A stretch of 64,000 bases of DNA from Microbotryum violaceum (Eukaryota). Below are positions 12,168 to 23,700 of this stretch, one piece after another. A model generated the notes under the pieces. The model was not told the origin of the DNA and searched no databases. It saw only the letters and a list, made by a program, of their open reading frames with translations. Location of the stretch: assembly GCA_001244265.2 (NCBI GenBank), contig CDLV01000014.1:1-64000 (forward strand). Reading direction: 5' to 3'. A program made the translations under genes and the position numbers. The first letter of the stretch is position 1; every line of letters begins with the position of its first letter.

Positions 12168-12298
12168 TCTCCTCGCGGTCAGTGGCGACGCTAATGTATT
12201 GGGGCGAGTTCTTGCCTGGCGGCCGGGGTGACTGACTGGTCGGTCGCCAGGCAAGAATTCGCCCTAATACATCAGCGTCGCCCCTGACCGCGAGGAGA
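12168..12298. repeat. Inverted repeat, 58-bp arms (12168-12225 / 12241-12298), 15-bp loop
   Basis: The arms match with 5 substitutions. Three of these would be G-U pairs in a plus-strand transcript. Confidence 0.95.
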
Positions 12299-13740
12299 CG
12301 GCCGAGACGACGGCCGACGTCGTGCTCCTGACCCGCGCTGTGGTCGCGCACGACCCAACCCTCCCGAATGTCTGGGCTTTTCCCAGTCACCCCGTTCCCC
12401 AAGCCGAGAAACCTGACGCCGATGCGGACCTCGACACCAACGTGAACTTCAACGCAAACGAAAACGGCAGTGGCCAGCATCAGAACGATGAGGCCGAGGC
12501 CGAGGACGCCGAGGACAACGGGTGCGACCAGTACGACGAGGACGTGGCCAAGGTGGACCTGCTATGGGCCAAACGCTACTTCACGCACGTGGTTCCCATG
12601 TGCGAGACCAAAGCGGAAAAGAGTTCAGGTCCATGGACGTGTAGTTCGGACGATTGTCCGGTGCCGGTCGTCGAGCGAGGTTGTGGTGGCAAGAACGCCG
12701 TTTAGCCGATCACTGTCTTTGACGAGACGGTAGAGAAGGTCGACAGCTCTCCATTCTCTTCGGTGACCGTTCTGGAGTTGGTGACGAACACCCGCAAGCA
12801 GCCATGACGTAGATTTTGAATCGGTCGCCACACAGGGTGAACCCGATCGCATGTTCTCGAATCGGCGTCGCAAGGGGTGCCGATAATCGTCTGAACAAAT
12901 GGCCCTCGGCCCTGGAGTTGCCCGCTTTGGTCTCGTCGACGGCGGCCACGTGCGTGAAGGAGCGCGAGCGCTTGGCCCGGTTCACTTCGCCTCGTCCTCC
13001 TCGTCGTACTTGTCGGGCCAGCCGGTTCTTCACGCAAGTGGCTGCGGTGAGCGAGACCAAAGCGGCAAGAAGTCCAGGGCTAAGGACGTGTCTTTCGGAC
13101 GGTTGTCGGCACTCCTCGCGACGCCAATCCGAGAACATGCGATTGGGTTCACCCTGCAGTACAACCTTCTAAAAGTTTACGTCAGGCTGCTTGCGGGATG
13201 TCCTTTACCAACTCCAGAACGGTCACCAAAGAGAATGGAGAGCCGCCGACCTACTCTACCATCTCATCAAACACAGTGATCGGCTAAACGGCGTTCTTGC
13301 CACCACGACCTCGCTGGACGATCGCCACGGCCGGTTCACGCTCTGACCGGACTTCTTCCTGCCGGCGGACTCAGACTTCCGCTGGGGGCAACGACGATAT
13401 CCGACGTCGAGCTCGAGAAGTTTGTCTTTCGTCGACTCGGAGAGTGCGGTCGCGCGACGTTGATGTACGAAATCAGCGCTGGCGAGGGCACCAGCTGCAA
13501 GACCCGCGCAATGACGATCACGTGAGTCAAGGAGTCGCGCAACTCGGACTTGGCCGAGATCGTCAACTTCATCCAAGAAAAGAGATCTCGAAGGCTCGGT
13601 CCGCTCGTACTAGGCGTCTTCTGCACCGACTACAGGACTCTCCCCGCGTTCCTGCCCAGCGATGAATCCTTTAAAGGTATCGTCCCGTGGGCCGAGGAGG
13701 CTGCCTTATGGCGGGAACGAGAACTTGTTCAAATATTACA
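12241..13740 (+). pseudogene. Scrambled FunK1-like (fungal-type protein kinase) gene relic with an REase-like N-terminal part
   Basis: TADVVLL...PMCETK (D...ExK). LLATPIREHAIGFTL(C)G..FKIYV resembles the RRFVLGFTxCG motif. FRRLGECGRATLMYEI resembles GRAT. In-frame stops and an internal inversion are present, and no catalytic loop was found. Confidence 0.65.
12661..13328. repeat. Large diverged inverted repeat, ~300-bp arms (12661-12960 / 13028-13328)
   Basis: Both strands translate to near-identical peptides (LATPIREHAIGFTL...PTPERSPKRMES). The block acagtgatcggctaaacggcgttcttgccaccac is present on both strands. Confidence 0.95.
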
Positions 13741-14693
13741 TTGAAGAATGGAATACTGTGTTCGGGTTGTCGTCTTGACGGAATGAAGTGTGTGAGTAGA
13801 CGCTGCATGACAATGCAAGTGTTTCATTGTCAAAGGTCAAACTCGGGTGCTTGCGTTTCTGAGTCCTTCCATCAGAAACAATTGCCTATCAGTTGGCGGA
13901 ATCATATGAGTCAGAAAATTGATGAGAATAAAGCTACGACCAGAATTTCGGGCTTTGAAGAAAAATCTCAGAAGTTAGCAATGAAGTGGAGGTCAGGTGG
14001 TGTGGTCTTTGCGTGCCCAAGGGCGAGCCAGCTGGCGAAGCACCTATCCAGGAGTGCTCTGATCTCTAGCAAAAGAATGCTGATTCTAGATCTAGTAAAA
14101 GCTGTAACAATTTTACTTGGAGAAACAAATTACTATCGGAATATCTTAATAATCTCAAGTCGGCAACAACAGTTCTATGCTTGGTAGAAAAGATTGCCAT
14201 CACTCTTGGTAATGAATAGTTCGCGGCCGATCATGTCGACCAGGAGTCGAGCGCCGACGACTGAGCTCGTGAGGGCAATGACGAGGCGGCCATGTTGAAG
14301 CAGCGGTCAGTGGCCTTCACTAGGTTCCTCGAGCGTTGAGGTGAAGCGATTCAGCCACCACCGCTCGCCAGAAGCCAGTCTGGATACAACTCGGAGGATG
14401 TTGACAGAAAACAAGCGGAACGGCTCGGAGGAGCTCTGCCGCCGACAAAGGGCGAGGCGCGAACTGCTGTGAAGTACTCACCTCCGGTCTTCCGAACGGA
14501 TCGCACCTCCACTAAGCGGAGTCAACGCCTGTTTGGATCCAAAGTTGGGCCCGCTCGTTCAATTGGTGCGGTAAATGCGGATGGTATCAACTACCATTGC
14601 CGAAACGCAGGCGCCGATCAAAGTCTTCTCGCCAGGCGAATAGCGCGAGGCAAAATCCTAAAAGCAAATTCAAGTGGACCAGTTGGGTGGTAG

Positions 14694-14754
14694 ATTCACA
14701 TTGCACATCAAGGCAAAGTCAACATTCACATTGCACATCAAGGCAAAGTCAACA
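14694..14754. repeat. Perfect 30-bp tandem duplication
   Basis: attcacattgcacatcaaggcaaagtcaac x2, overlapping the helicase stop codon. Confidence 0.95.
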
Positions 14755-17376
14755 ATTTCCGTATCGCTTCTGGAGTGCTGTCCAACACTCTTTCCCACCC
14801 CATTTGACACGCGTAATCGTATCCGCGATTTCACCTCGTGTCAACTCCTCCATCGCTAGCTCGGCGGTTTCAGATTCTCGTCCGGGCACCCACAGACTGC
14901 TCACTCGGCCTTTTGTTGAGGGTTTCGAGCAGTTCTGTAACAGCATTAACAGGATTTCCAAGTAATTGCATTGCGCTTCGGTCGGGTCTTCCGATCGCCA
15001 CTGCGTGTTTCGATTGAGTGAGAAGTCGGGGCGCCAGTCAGGGTTGTTGCTAACGAGTTGGTCCATTTCCTTGATCAGAGATGCCAGATCCTGTGCTTTC
15101 CCGAGTGTGATCGACTCGGAGAAATAGTCACCATACTCGTTTGCATCATCGCGCTTTCCATCCTCGTGCTCGTACCCCGTCGCTTTCCAGAGTCTCCCAT
15201 CTTCAGACACATGTCCTTCGACTTTTATATGACGTTTCGAGCCAACCACGAGAACGTAAGCCTCATTGCCGAGCCCAACCCACGCATTGGGAGTGTTTCG
15301 CCACACGTCAAGATGACCGGAAGGATCGTCGGGTGAAGAAGCGGCAAGATACTCTGGTGCGGACGCAAAGACGTCATGTTCGAGGTGAGGAACGATGTCT
15401 TGCGCTTGAATAGGACTCATGAATTCGAGTGGCGGTGGTGCCATTTTTTCGCCGTCTCTGGCCGATCGGTCTGTGCGGGCGTGCCAATACGTTGTCAGCT
15501 CCCGTTTGCGAATGTCCTTGAAGGTGGCCTGGAGCTTACCCGCGTTCAAGACATTGTATTTGACATCAAATAGGTTAGGGAACACGCAAGCCCGTCGGTG
15601 GCGTTTCCCACGAATTCGAATACATGGCAGTGAGTCTTGTTCGTCTCGGGACTCAGGCGCATTCCTCGGCCGAGCATTTGCAACCATCGTGGCCAGGAAT
15701 AGGTCGGGTGAACTGCCATGATCGAGTCGATACATGGGAGGTCAACACCTTCAATGAACAGGTCTGCAATTGATGAGTACATGAATCTCACCCGCTCGAA
15801 ACAGATCAAGGACTCCCTTAATCTCGACCTTTGACGTGGTACCATCAACCGCGCGCGCAAAAACTCCTTGCGCCTGAAACTCAACCTCCAGTGATTTCAT
15901 ATGTTGGATGTTGCATGCATACACCACAGTGGAAGTGTAGAGTCCCTGAATTTTGTTCTTATACACCGCGACAACGATCTCGTTCACCGTCTTTCGATCG
16001 ACCACTTCCGCCAACGCCTTGAGGACAAAGTCACCATTCTTCCCCTTCCTCCGGACGGATTTGAGATCCAAACCTTCGCCAAGTTTAACGGTGGTAAAAC
16101 GCATCTCGGACAACCACCCTGCAGCAACCATGTCCAACCAAGAAGCGTGCCAGACGATCTTCTCGAAAACCTTGCCGACCGAGACCTCGTCCGCTCGCAT
16201 GAGTGTGGCGCTCACCCCAACGATCGGGACACACGGCTCGCCGTTCGGCGACATCGTGAAAGGCGTAGGGCCAAGATGGCGGGGGAGTGGTCGTTTACAA
16301 TCCTTCGTCGAGTGCTCGAATACATAGGGTTCAACAGTGTTCTGTTCGAGTAGTCGATCACTCGCCTTGCCGAGTCGTACGAGCCGTGGATCAAAGTGGC
16401 GCGCAATCTTGAGGTAAGTCTCGGCGACGGAATGATGAGCCTGAGAGAGGCTCGGAGCAATCGTCTTTACTAATCACGTCGTGGGAGATGGATACGGTAT
16501 GGGACACTCTCACACCTCGTCAATGATAAGAGCCTTGAATGTTGACGGAACATAGCTGTCGAGTCGTTTTTCCAAGCTCTGTGATCACAAAATTTCAGTA
16601 CCTTCGCCCTCCCTCCCCCTCATCACTGGACACACCTGGCAAGACGCAATCGTGACGTCGGCGCTACCACTCGCATGAAACTCCCCTTGCTCAATTTCGA
16701 CACTCTTGACATTATACCAAGCCCCTTCAGCAGCGATTGCGAGACTTTTTTTTAAGGAAGCAAAAATATCTTATTCGCCGAGGAACGTACAGCATCAGGA
16801 AGAAAGCGCTTTACCGTCTGTGCGGTTTGGTGAACGAGGTGTACAGCTCCGACGACGATGAGAACGCGACGAGCTTCAAGAACTCGGGGAGGCTGGTCGC
16901 TGAAAATTCTGGGTGGGAGACGAGGGATGAGTGCGGTGAACATGACCGTCTTACCGCTGCCTACGAAAAAATTGAATCGTGCGAGCGAGGTCGTAAGTTA
17001 GTCTGGTTCCTGAATTGCGTCGTTTGTACGGGTCCGGGTTACCAGTGGGGGAGGAGATTGCCAGACGGGTGAGGTCCGTGTTCTCCAAGATATCTAGCAC
17101 AGAATTGATGCAATCGATCTGATAAGGTCTCAGTTTGAGGAGCGGGGAAGAGGAGCCATCGCCGTTGATGCGAGAGGTATTGCGGTCGGTGACGCTGTCG
17201 TCGTGGTTAGGAGCAGAAAGGGGCCGTGCCGAGTCGTTTATGGTCACGTGGGGAACCACTGGCTGCGAATCCAAGTTGGCCAGGGACGACAACCACTTTG
17301 CTACTAATAATTCCGCCGATGACTTGAAAGTCGATCCAAGTGCGTAAGAGGTGGATATGGGACGACGAGTGTCCAT
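14749..17376 (-). CDS. IRC3: IRC3-like superfamily-2 DEAH helicase (spliced; two apparent frameshifts near 15763 and 15580)
   Basis: Q-motif LRPYQ; Walker A SPTG|SGKT across an intron; LIIDE|AHH across an intron; motif III GVSAT; motif V LFIEGVDLPCID; motif VI QMLGRGMR. Motifs V-VI lie in a different frame from the flanking coding sequence. Confidence 0.75.
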
Positions 17377-17904
17377 CCGCAAACGGTTGATGAAATAAAG
17401 AGGTGGCAGTGGGACACGTTGCCCACTCAACCCGATCCGAGTGGTGCCAGTGGGGCGGATGCGAGTTCCGACGCAGTTAAGTTGTCGCATCCAGGAAGGG
17501 AAAACGTTGACCCCCTTCATGCTAAAGACGAGACGCTACGGAAATCGGTGCTGGAGTCGGCGAATAAGGCCGCATCGAAGAGCGCTACAGCCCCATGTTG
17601 GGTAGGCCGAATTCCTCTCTTAGCTTGCGCGCTAGTCTCAGGAGGTGATCGCCGAAGGGTGCATCGCCGCCGGTAGCGGTCGTCGGCGTGTCATCATCGC
17701 AAGAGGGCCGCGCCTGCCTCCATTTCTCGTCTGGGCACTTCGCAGGAGATACAAACGATTTCCACTCGAATTTGTTCGGATCGGTATCGAACACCATTGA
17801 AAACATGTAATTGATGAGTCAGATAGAAGGAGTGAAGGTGCGCCGTTCAAGTGGCAGTAGTGCAAATGAGGTCTGGGACGTACAGAAGATTGAGTCGACG
17901 CTTG

Positions 17905-18146
17905 ACATGGTCCTGGGCCTTCCCTGGCAACCGGACCACACCCCCGAGCCGACAAAGCTTGCGAACAGTGAAAGGTCAAGTGAGCCCAAAAAAGTCGAAG
18001 CACCGAGGATAGGGATCTTTCTTGGGAGGTATCAGCGCGGGTCGCACCGCGGTCTAGGGGCAGCAAAGTATTCGCCCTGAGCTTCTGACCCACGCAGCGC
18101 GGCTGAACGGCTTCCTTTAGAGTGCTTCCAAAACCCCGGTCGATAC
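17905..18146 (-). mobile_element. Old internal fragment of LINE ORF2 (family B-related)
   Basis: Visibly similar but diverged relative to 19940-20195 (e.g. aagcttgcgaa, gagcccaaa, gcgggtcgcaccgcggtct). Confidence 0.8.
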
Positions 18147-18617
18147 TCAAGATGAACTTTTGTTGTCCGCACTTATGTTTTTCTTGTACGATTTTTTTTG
18201 CACGAAATTACGATCCTTCGGGTTGGCTAGAATCGCTACAAAAAGAGCTAAAAGAGGTAATAAAGCAACGACGACAAGCAGCTGGGTGAAAATCAAACCC
18301 CTGCGCGCAACGAGTGCTGCGCAGATCAAAACCCGCCGAGCACCTAACGCGGACTCCAACGAGCGGTGAGTACTGCTGCCGCTTCACAACCCAAGATCGG
18401 GAGCGAAGATACTTGAAAACCAGGCAAGAACGCCTAGGAAAAGAAAGGGACAATATACAAAAAGTCACAAACGGGAACACCGAGAAAGGAATACTAAAAC
18501 AAGGGGAAAGGAGGGGGAGGAGGGGGGACACACCCGAGGGACCAAGAAAGGGGTCGAAGCCAGGGATAGAGGTCCCCAAAGACTAACAGGCCACAGCCAA
18601 GCCCCAGCTACTCGTCA

Positions 18618-19094
<477 letters not shown>

Positions 19095-19599
19095 TTAACT
19101 CGGTCATCACACCTCCCAATCTCGAGCCCCAGGAACAAACCCGCCCGAGAGAGAAAATCTCGCTTGAACGCTCTAAGTGCACTGGGGATCGAGGGAGGGG
19201 CCACGACGCGGTCCAGCTCGAACCGCTGATGAACGCGCCAGCGGAGCAGGTGCAGCCGCTGGAAGCCGATCACGCAGGCCAGCCGAACCCACATCCATCT
19301 CGAGGTCGTTCTCCCACGACCCCGCAAAAGGGGGAGCCCCATAGTCAGCTGCTCCGGAGTGAACGTCGACGGATCGACGTCGGTATCCTCGATGCCCAGC
19401 TTGTCGAACAGAATGCGAAGCACCCCACCCCAGAAGCTGGTCGAGTACGCGCACTCGAAGAAGTAGTGCGACACCGTCTTGATGACCGCTGCATCGTTGC
19501 CACAGAACAGACACGACGGCGAAGAAGCATGGCCCTGGACATGTTGCTTCTTGCGCGTCGGTGTCACATCGTACATAAGCCGCCAGTGGGTGTCCTGCT

Positions 19600-19818
19600 T
19601 GTTGGAAGGGACTGCGCGAGCAGTAATGGCTAGAAGCGTCTTTGGGGTTTTTGGGTAGTTTAAGCCATTTTGGCCAGGGAGGCGCGGACTGCGTCAGCGG
19701 CGGTGCGGAGTCCTCTTGATTGGTAATTCACCAATCATTGACTCTGCTATTGACCGTTGACTGAAGTTCATGTTCTCGTCTTCCTGGACCAAAAATCGCC
19801 TTGCACCGAAATTTAACT
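19600..19818. mobile_element. Solo LTR (219 bp) inserted in LINE ORF2 with a 5-bp TSD
   Basis: Starts TGTTGG and ends TTAACT (one change from AACA). Flanked by CTGCT at 19595-19599 and 19819-19823. The second LINE copy has a single CTGCT at 28974-28978 (empty site). Confidence 0.85.
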
Positions 19819-20563
19819 CTGCTCCGCAGCAGACGCGAACCGGTCATGAAGCCAACTCCAGAAGCGCTGCCTCCCGCTCTGAGAAGTCCCCTCGGGGAAA
19901 CGCTTGACCCGAGGCTCCTGAGGTTGCCCACCAGGCAGAGCTCGGTCCTGACCGTCCTTCCCCGGGAACCGAACCGTGTTCACAAGCCGACGAAGCTTGC
20001 GAATCGTGAACGGTCGAGTGAGCCCAAAGAAGTTGAAGCACCGAGGACGGGGAGCCTCCTTGAGAGGGATCCTAGCGGGTCGCACCGCGGTCTTGGGCAG
20101 CAAGGCTTTCGCCTTGAGCTTCTGACCAGCGCGCGCCCAGACGTGCTCGTGCCGCAGGGCTGGTTCATTAGAGTGCTGCCAGAAACCGTGTCGATGACCA
20201 ACCAGAGCCCGGCCCTTCCCTTCGTCCCTCTAGTACAGGTCCGCGATCTGCGCAAACTTCGCCACTGCGTCCGCATCGTCATATGCGTGCTTGGCACCTT
20301 CAGCATAGAGTGAAGGGAGGCGAGGCGGAAGCGAGAGCAATTCGGGGAGCGTAAGGAGTTCGGACTTGATGGTTGGAACTGTGACCCTGGCCGCTGTAAC
20401 GACTGCCCCCCAGCGCGTCGAGTCGCGATACAGCTTCTCGACCCGAGCCGTGCTGCTGAAGAACCCCCACGGACTGAAATCGCGAGTCGCAGCGACGAGG
20501 GACCTCCAGCTCTCGCGAGCTAGGGGCGCCCAGCTTTTTAGGAACCTGAGGCCCGAGGCACGA

Positions 20564-20729
20564 TGTACGTAAGCACGAGAGCCGAAGAAGATAGTAAAGA
20601 TAGTTGGAGAAGAGAGAGAAGCGCTAAGGGCGCGCGCACTTGGAAGGCTAGAGGCGCGCGCGCGGCTAATATCAACAACTAGATACTAAACTATTCTAAG
20701 TGGGATGAAACAGTAATACCCTTTTGACA
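20564..20729. mobile_element. Solo-LTR-like insertion interrupting LINE ORF2
   Basis: TG...CA ends (TGTACG...TGACA). It breaks ORF2 right after SDEAI, where family A continues GSDAIWQGLARAAIV. No TSD, and a few codons of ORF2 appear lost. Confidence 0.55.
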
Positions 20730-23700
20730 CAGATCGCCTCGTCCGAGCCCGCCACAGCATCCCAAAACCGAAGCGCCACCGAATGAACGATGTCGCCGAT
20801 CGAAATCAAGCCCAAGCCACCGTCCTCCCGAGCCTGGAACACGAATTCGCGAGCGACGGTGTTTCGCCACGGCCCTCCCCAGACAAAGTCCGCCAGTGCC
20901 GTCTCCGCCGCCTGAATGAACCATTGAGGCGGTATGTCGAACGACAGCACGTGCAGGACCGTCGAGGTGATGTGGGCGTTCGCATAGAAAACCCTCCCAC
21001 TCGGCGAAAGCGTCCGGTCTCGAGCGGCGCGGGCCTTGGCCTTGATCCTGTCAAGAACATGGGTCCAAAACAGTTTCGAGTCACCGTGGCGAAAGAAGGC
21101 ATAGCCGCACCACTTGAAGCTCTCCCCCTCCTGCACCGTTGGCAGCGCCTGCGCAGTCTCGTCCCGAAGCCAGTTCGGTCCGAGTGGTAGCACCAGCGTC
21201 TTGTCCGTGTTGGTCTTCCCGTTGGTTGCCTCGTACCACGTCTGCGACAGCGTTTCCAGCTTCGACAATGCCGCCGGTGACTCCACCACCACCACAGCAT
21301 CGTCGGCAAACGCCAGATGCGTAAGCTGCGCACGCGGCCCCCCTGGCCACACCTTCTGCAGGTCGAGCGCAATCCCGCGCCGAACGAGGGCGTTGAGGAA
21401 GGGCTGGAACGTGATGTTCTAAACCGGGCACGAGAGGGGATCCCCCTGACCGAGACCACACAGCAACCGCACCAACTCCGTGGGGAACCCATTGATGAGG
21501 TAGCGCACCCCCAGAGTCTCGGGATCGTACAGAGCGCGCAGCAGGGAAATGAAACGCTCACCAAAGCCAAAGGCCTCGAAGACGTCGAAGATCCATGCGT
21601 GATCGACCCGATCGTACGCGCTCTGCTGATCCAAGGACAAGAGGGCGCCCTCTGGGAAAACATCAGTACCGAGTGATCGGAGTTTTTCGAGAAGGAGAGT
21701 GAGATGACTTCCCGCGTCCGCTGAACGTCTTGATGGCATGAACCCGTGTTGCGCCGGCGGCAAAAGCTCGCCGAGCACCCTATTGAGTCGCGCCACCAAT
21801 ACCTTGCTGAGGACCTTGTAGGTTGTCTCGCGCAGTGTGATCGGTCGATATGCCCCCAGTGATTTCAGATTGGCCCCCGGTTTGTTCTTGGGCAAAAGCC
21901 GCACCAGCCCCTCTGCCAAGGACGCCGTCATTTTACCCCCTCCCAAATCGAGTTGAACAGGTCCAACAGCTTGGGAGCGAAGTAGGTCGGCAGCGCCTTG
22001 AAAAGCTCATACGGAATGCCCGAAGGCCCCGGTGATCGGCCTGAATCCGTCTTCTTCAACGCCGCTTCGACCTCGGAAAGGTTGAAGGGCTCGTCAAGCG
22101 CCACTCTGGCTTGAAGGGGCAGCCGACGACCGAACGTAGGGTCCGAGCGGTCGTCATCGTAGCATTTCGCTGCGCGAATAGGGTCGAGCAGGGACCGACG
22201 TGCGTTCGTCGGGTCGCCACGAGCTGGGTCCGGCGTGAAGAGCGACTGTGCGTGCCGTGAAGCAATACCCAGCGCCTCTTGCATGTCAACGGTCTCGGTG
22301 CCATCCACATCCTCCAGCGAGACGATGCTCGTCTGGCGACTCCGGCGGTTGAGACGCGTGCGAATGCTTGCCGATTGACCTTCCCTCGAGTCGACTGACG
22401 GCACATGCGCACGAATGCGCAGCCACTGAGCCTCCTTTACCGCCAACTGATCCAACTGCGACTTGGCGAGAGCATACGCATCGCGCTCGGCCTCATTCAT
22501 ATGCTCACCGCGTGCCTCCAACGCCTCCATGACGGATTGGTTCTCGGCCCGCAGTCGGCGCATGTCGGCACGAGTCGAGCGGTATCGTGCGTGGCCAGCG
22601 GCTGCGACCGCCCGCAAAGCGGCGTCATAGACGTCACCGAGTGGAGCGGTCCCCTCGAGTCTCCGATAGACCTCGTCGACGACCCCGGGAATCGAATCGA
22701 CAAAGTCTTGATCGTTGAAGACCGTTGGGTTTAGCCTGGAAATGAATTCACTCGTGGTGGGAAGAGCAGGGGTGGTTCGGCATCAGCAGCGTTCGATGTA
22801 GGCAATGCGAAAGTCGCAACTACGGGTCTGTGGTCCGAGCAGGGCGCATCGAAGAGTGTGGAAGCGCTCAACAACCGGTTTGCCCAACTGCGCTGGACAA
22901 GAATATAATCGATCCGCGACCACGAGCAGATTTCTCGTTTGTCCCCCTACCAAGGTAGTGAGGGCGAGTGAATGCCGGGGTGATGGGATGGAGTTGTCGG
23001 ATCGTGTCGAGTGGGTTGAATGCGATCTTTGACAGCAAGGTCTGCCAGTGCGATACAGGAGTCCAAGCGCGATCGGTGATGGCCATTCGGTCGACCGATA
23101 CATTCGGACAATCATTGAGATCGCCGGCCAAGATCCGAAGAGTCTTGGGCCCCGGAGCGGTGAAGTGCAGGAGCCCGTAGAAGTCGCGACGCTCTTCCCC
23201 CTTGACCGGCGCATACATGTTGATGATCTCGATATCGAGCTCCTCAAGACGAAACACCGAGCGCAGGATCCGACCGTCGAATTGAGGGGCTTCTGCAAAC
23301 ACGACCGGGGTAGAGGAGAGGAGACTGCCCGCCAGAGGTGAGCCATCGGGTATAAGGGTAAGGACATGAGGTGCGAAACGAATACAAGCTCCTGGCCAAG
23401 CGCTCTCGAAGCCTTCGCGCAACGCGTTGTAGCTGAGGTGGTGCTCTTGCAGGAGAATGGCCGCAGGGGCCGGCCGAAGGGTTTTGAGATAGCGGATGAT
23501 TTTGACTTGGTTGACTGCGTTCTTGATCGATCGGACGTTGAACGTCAACACGGTGAGGGACTCAATCATGATTAAATCAGATCAGCGCCGCCCCCTTCGA
23601 ATTCCGGCACCTCGGACCTGTAACCCCGGAACTGTTGCCCCCTGAGTCGTCACCCCCTGATGCACCGTGGATCATGGCGGATCCCGCCCGGGTGACACGT

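Noticed and set aside
14674-14859. Short ORF with a repeated peptide as a pheromone precursor
   Set aside because: The repeat comes from the 30-bp tandem duplication and there is no CAAX ending.
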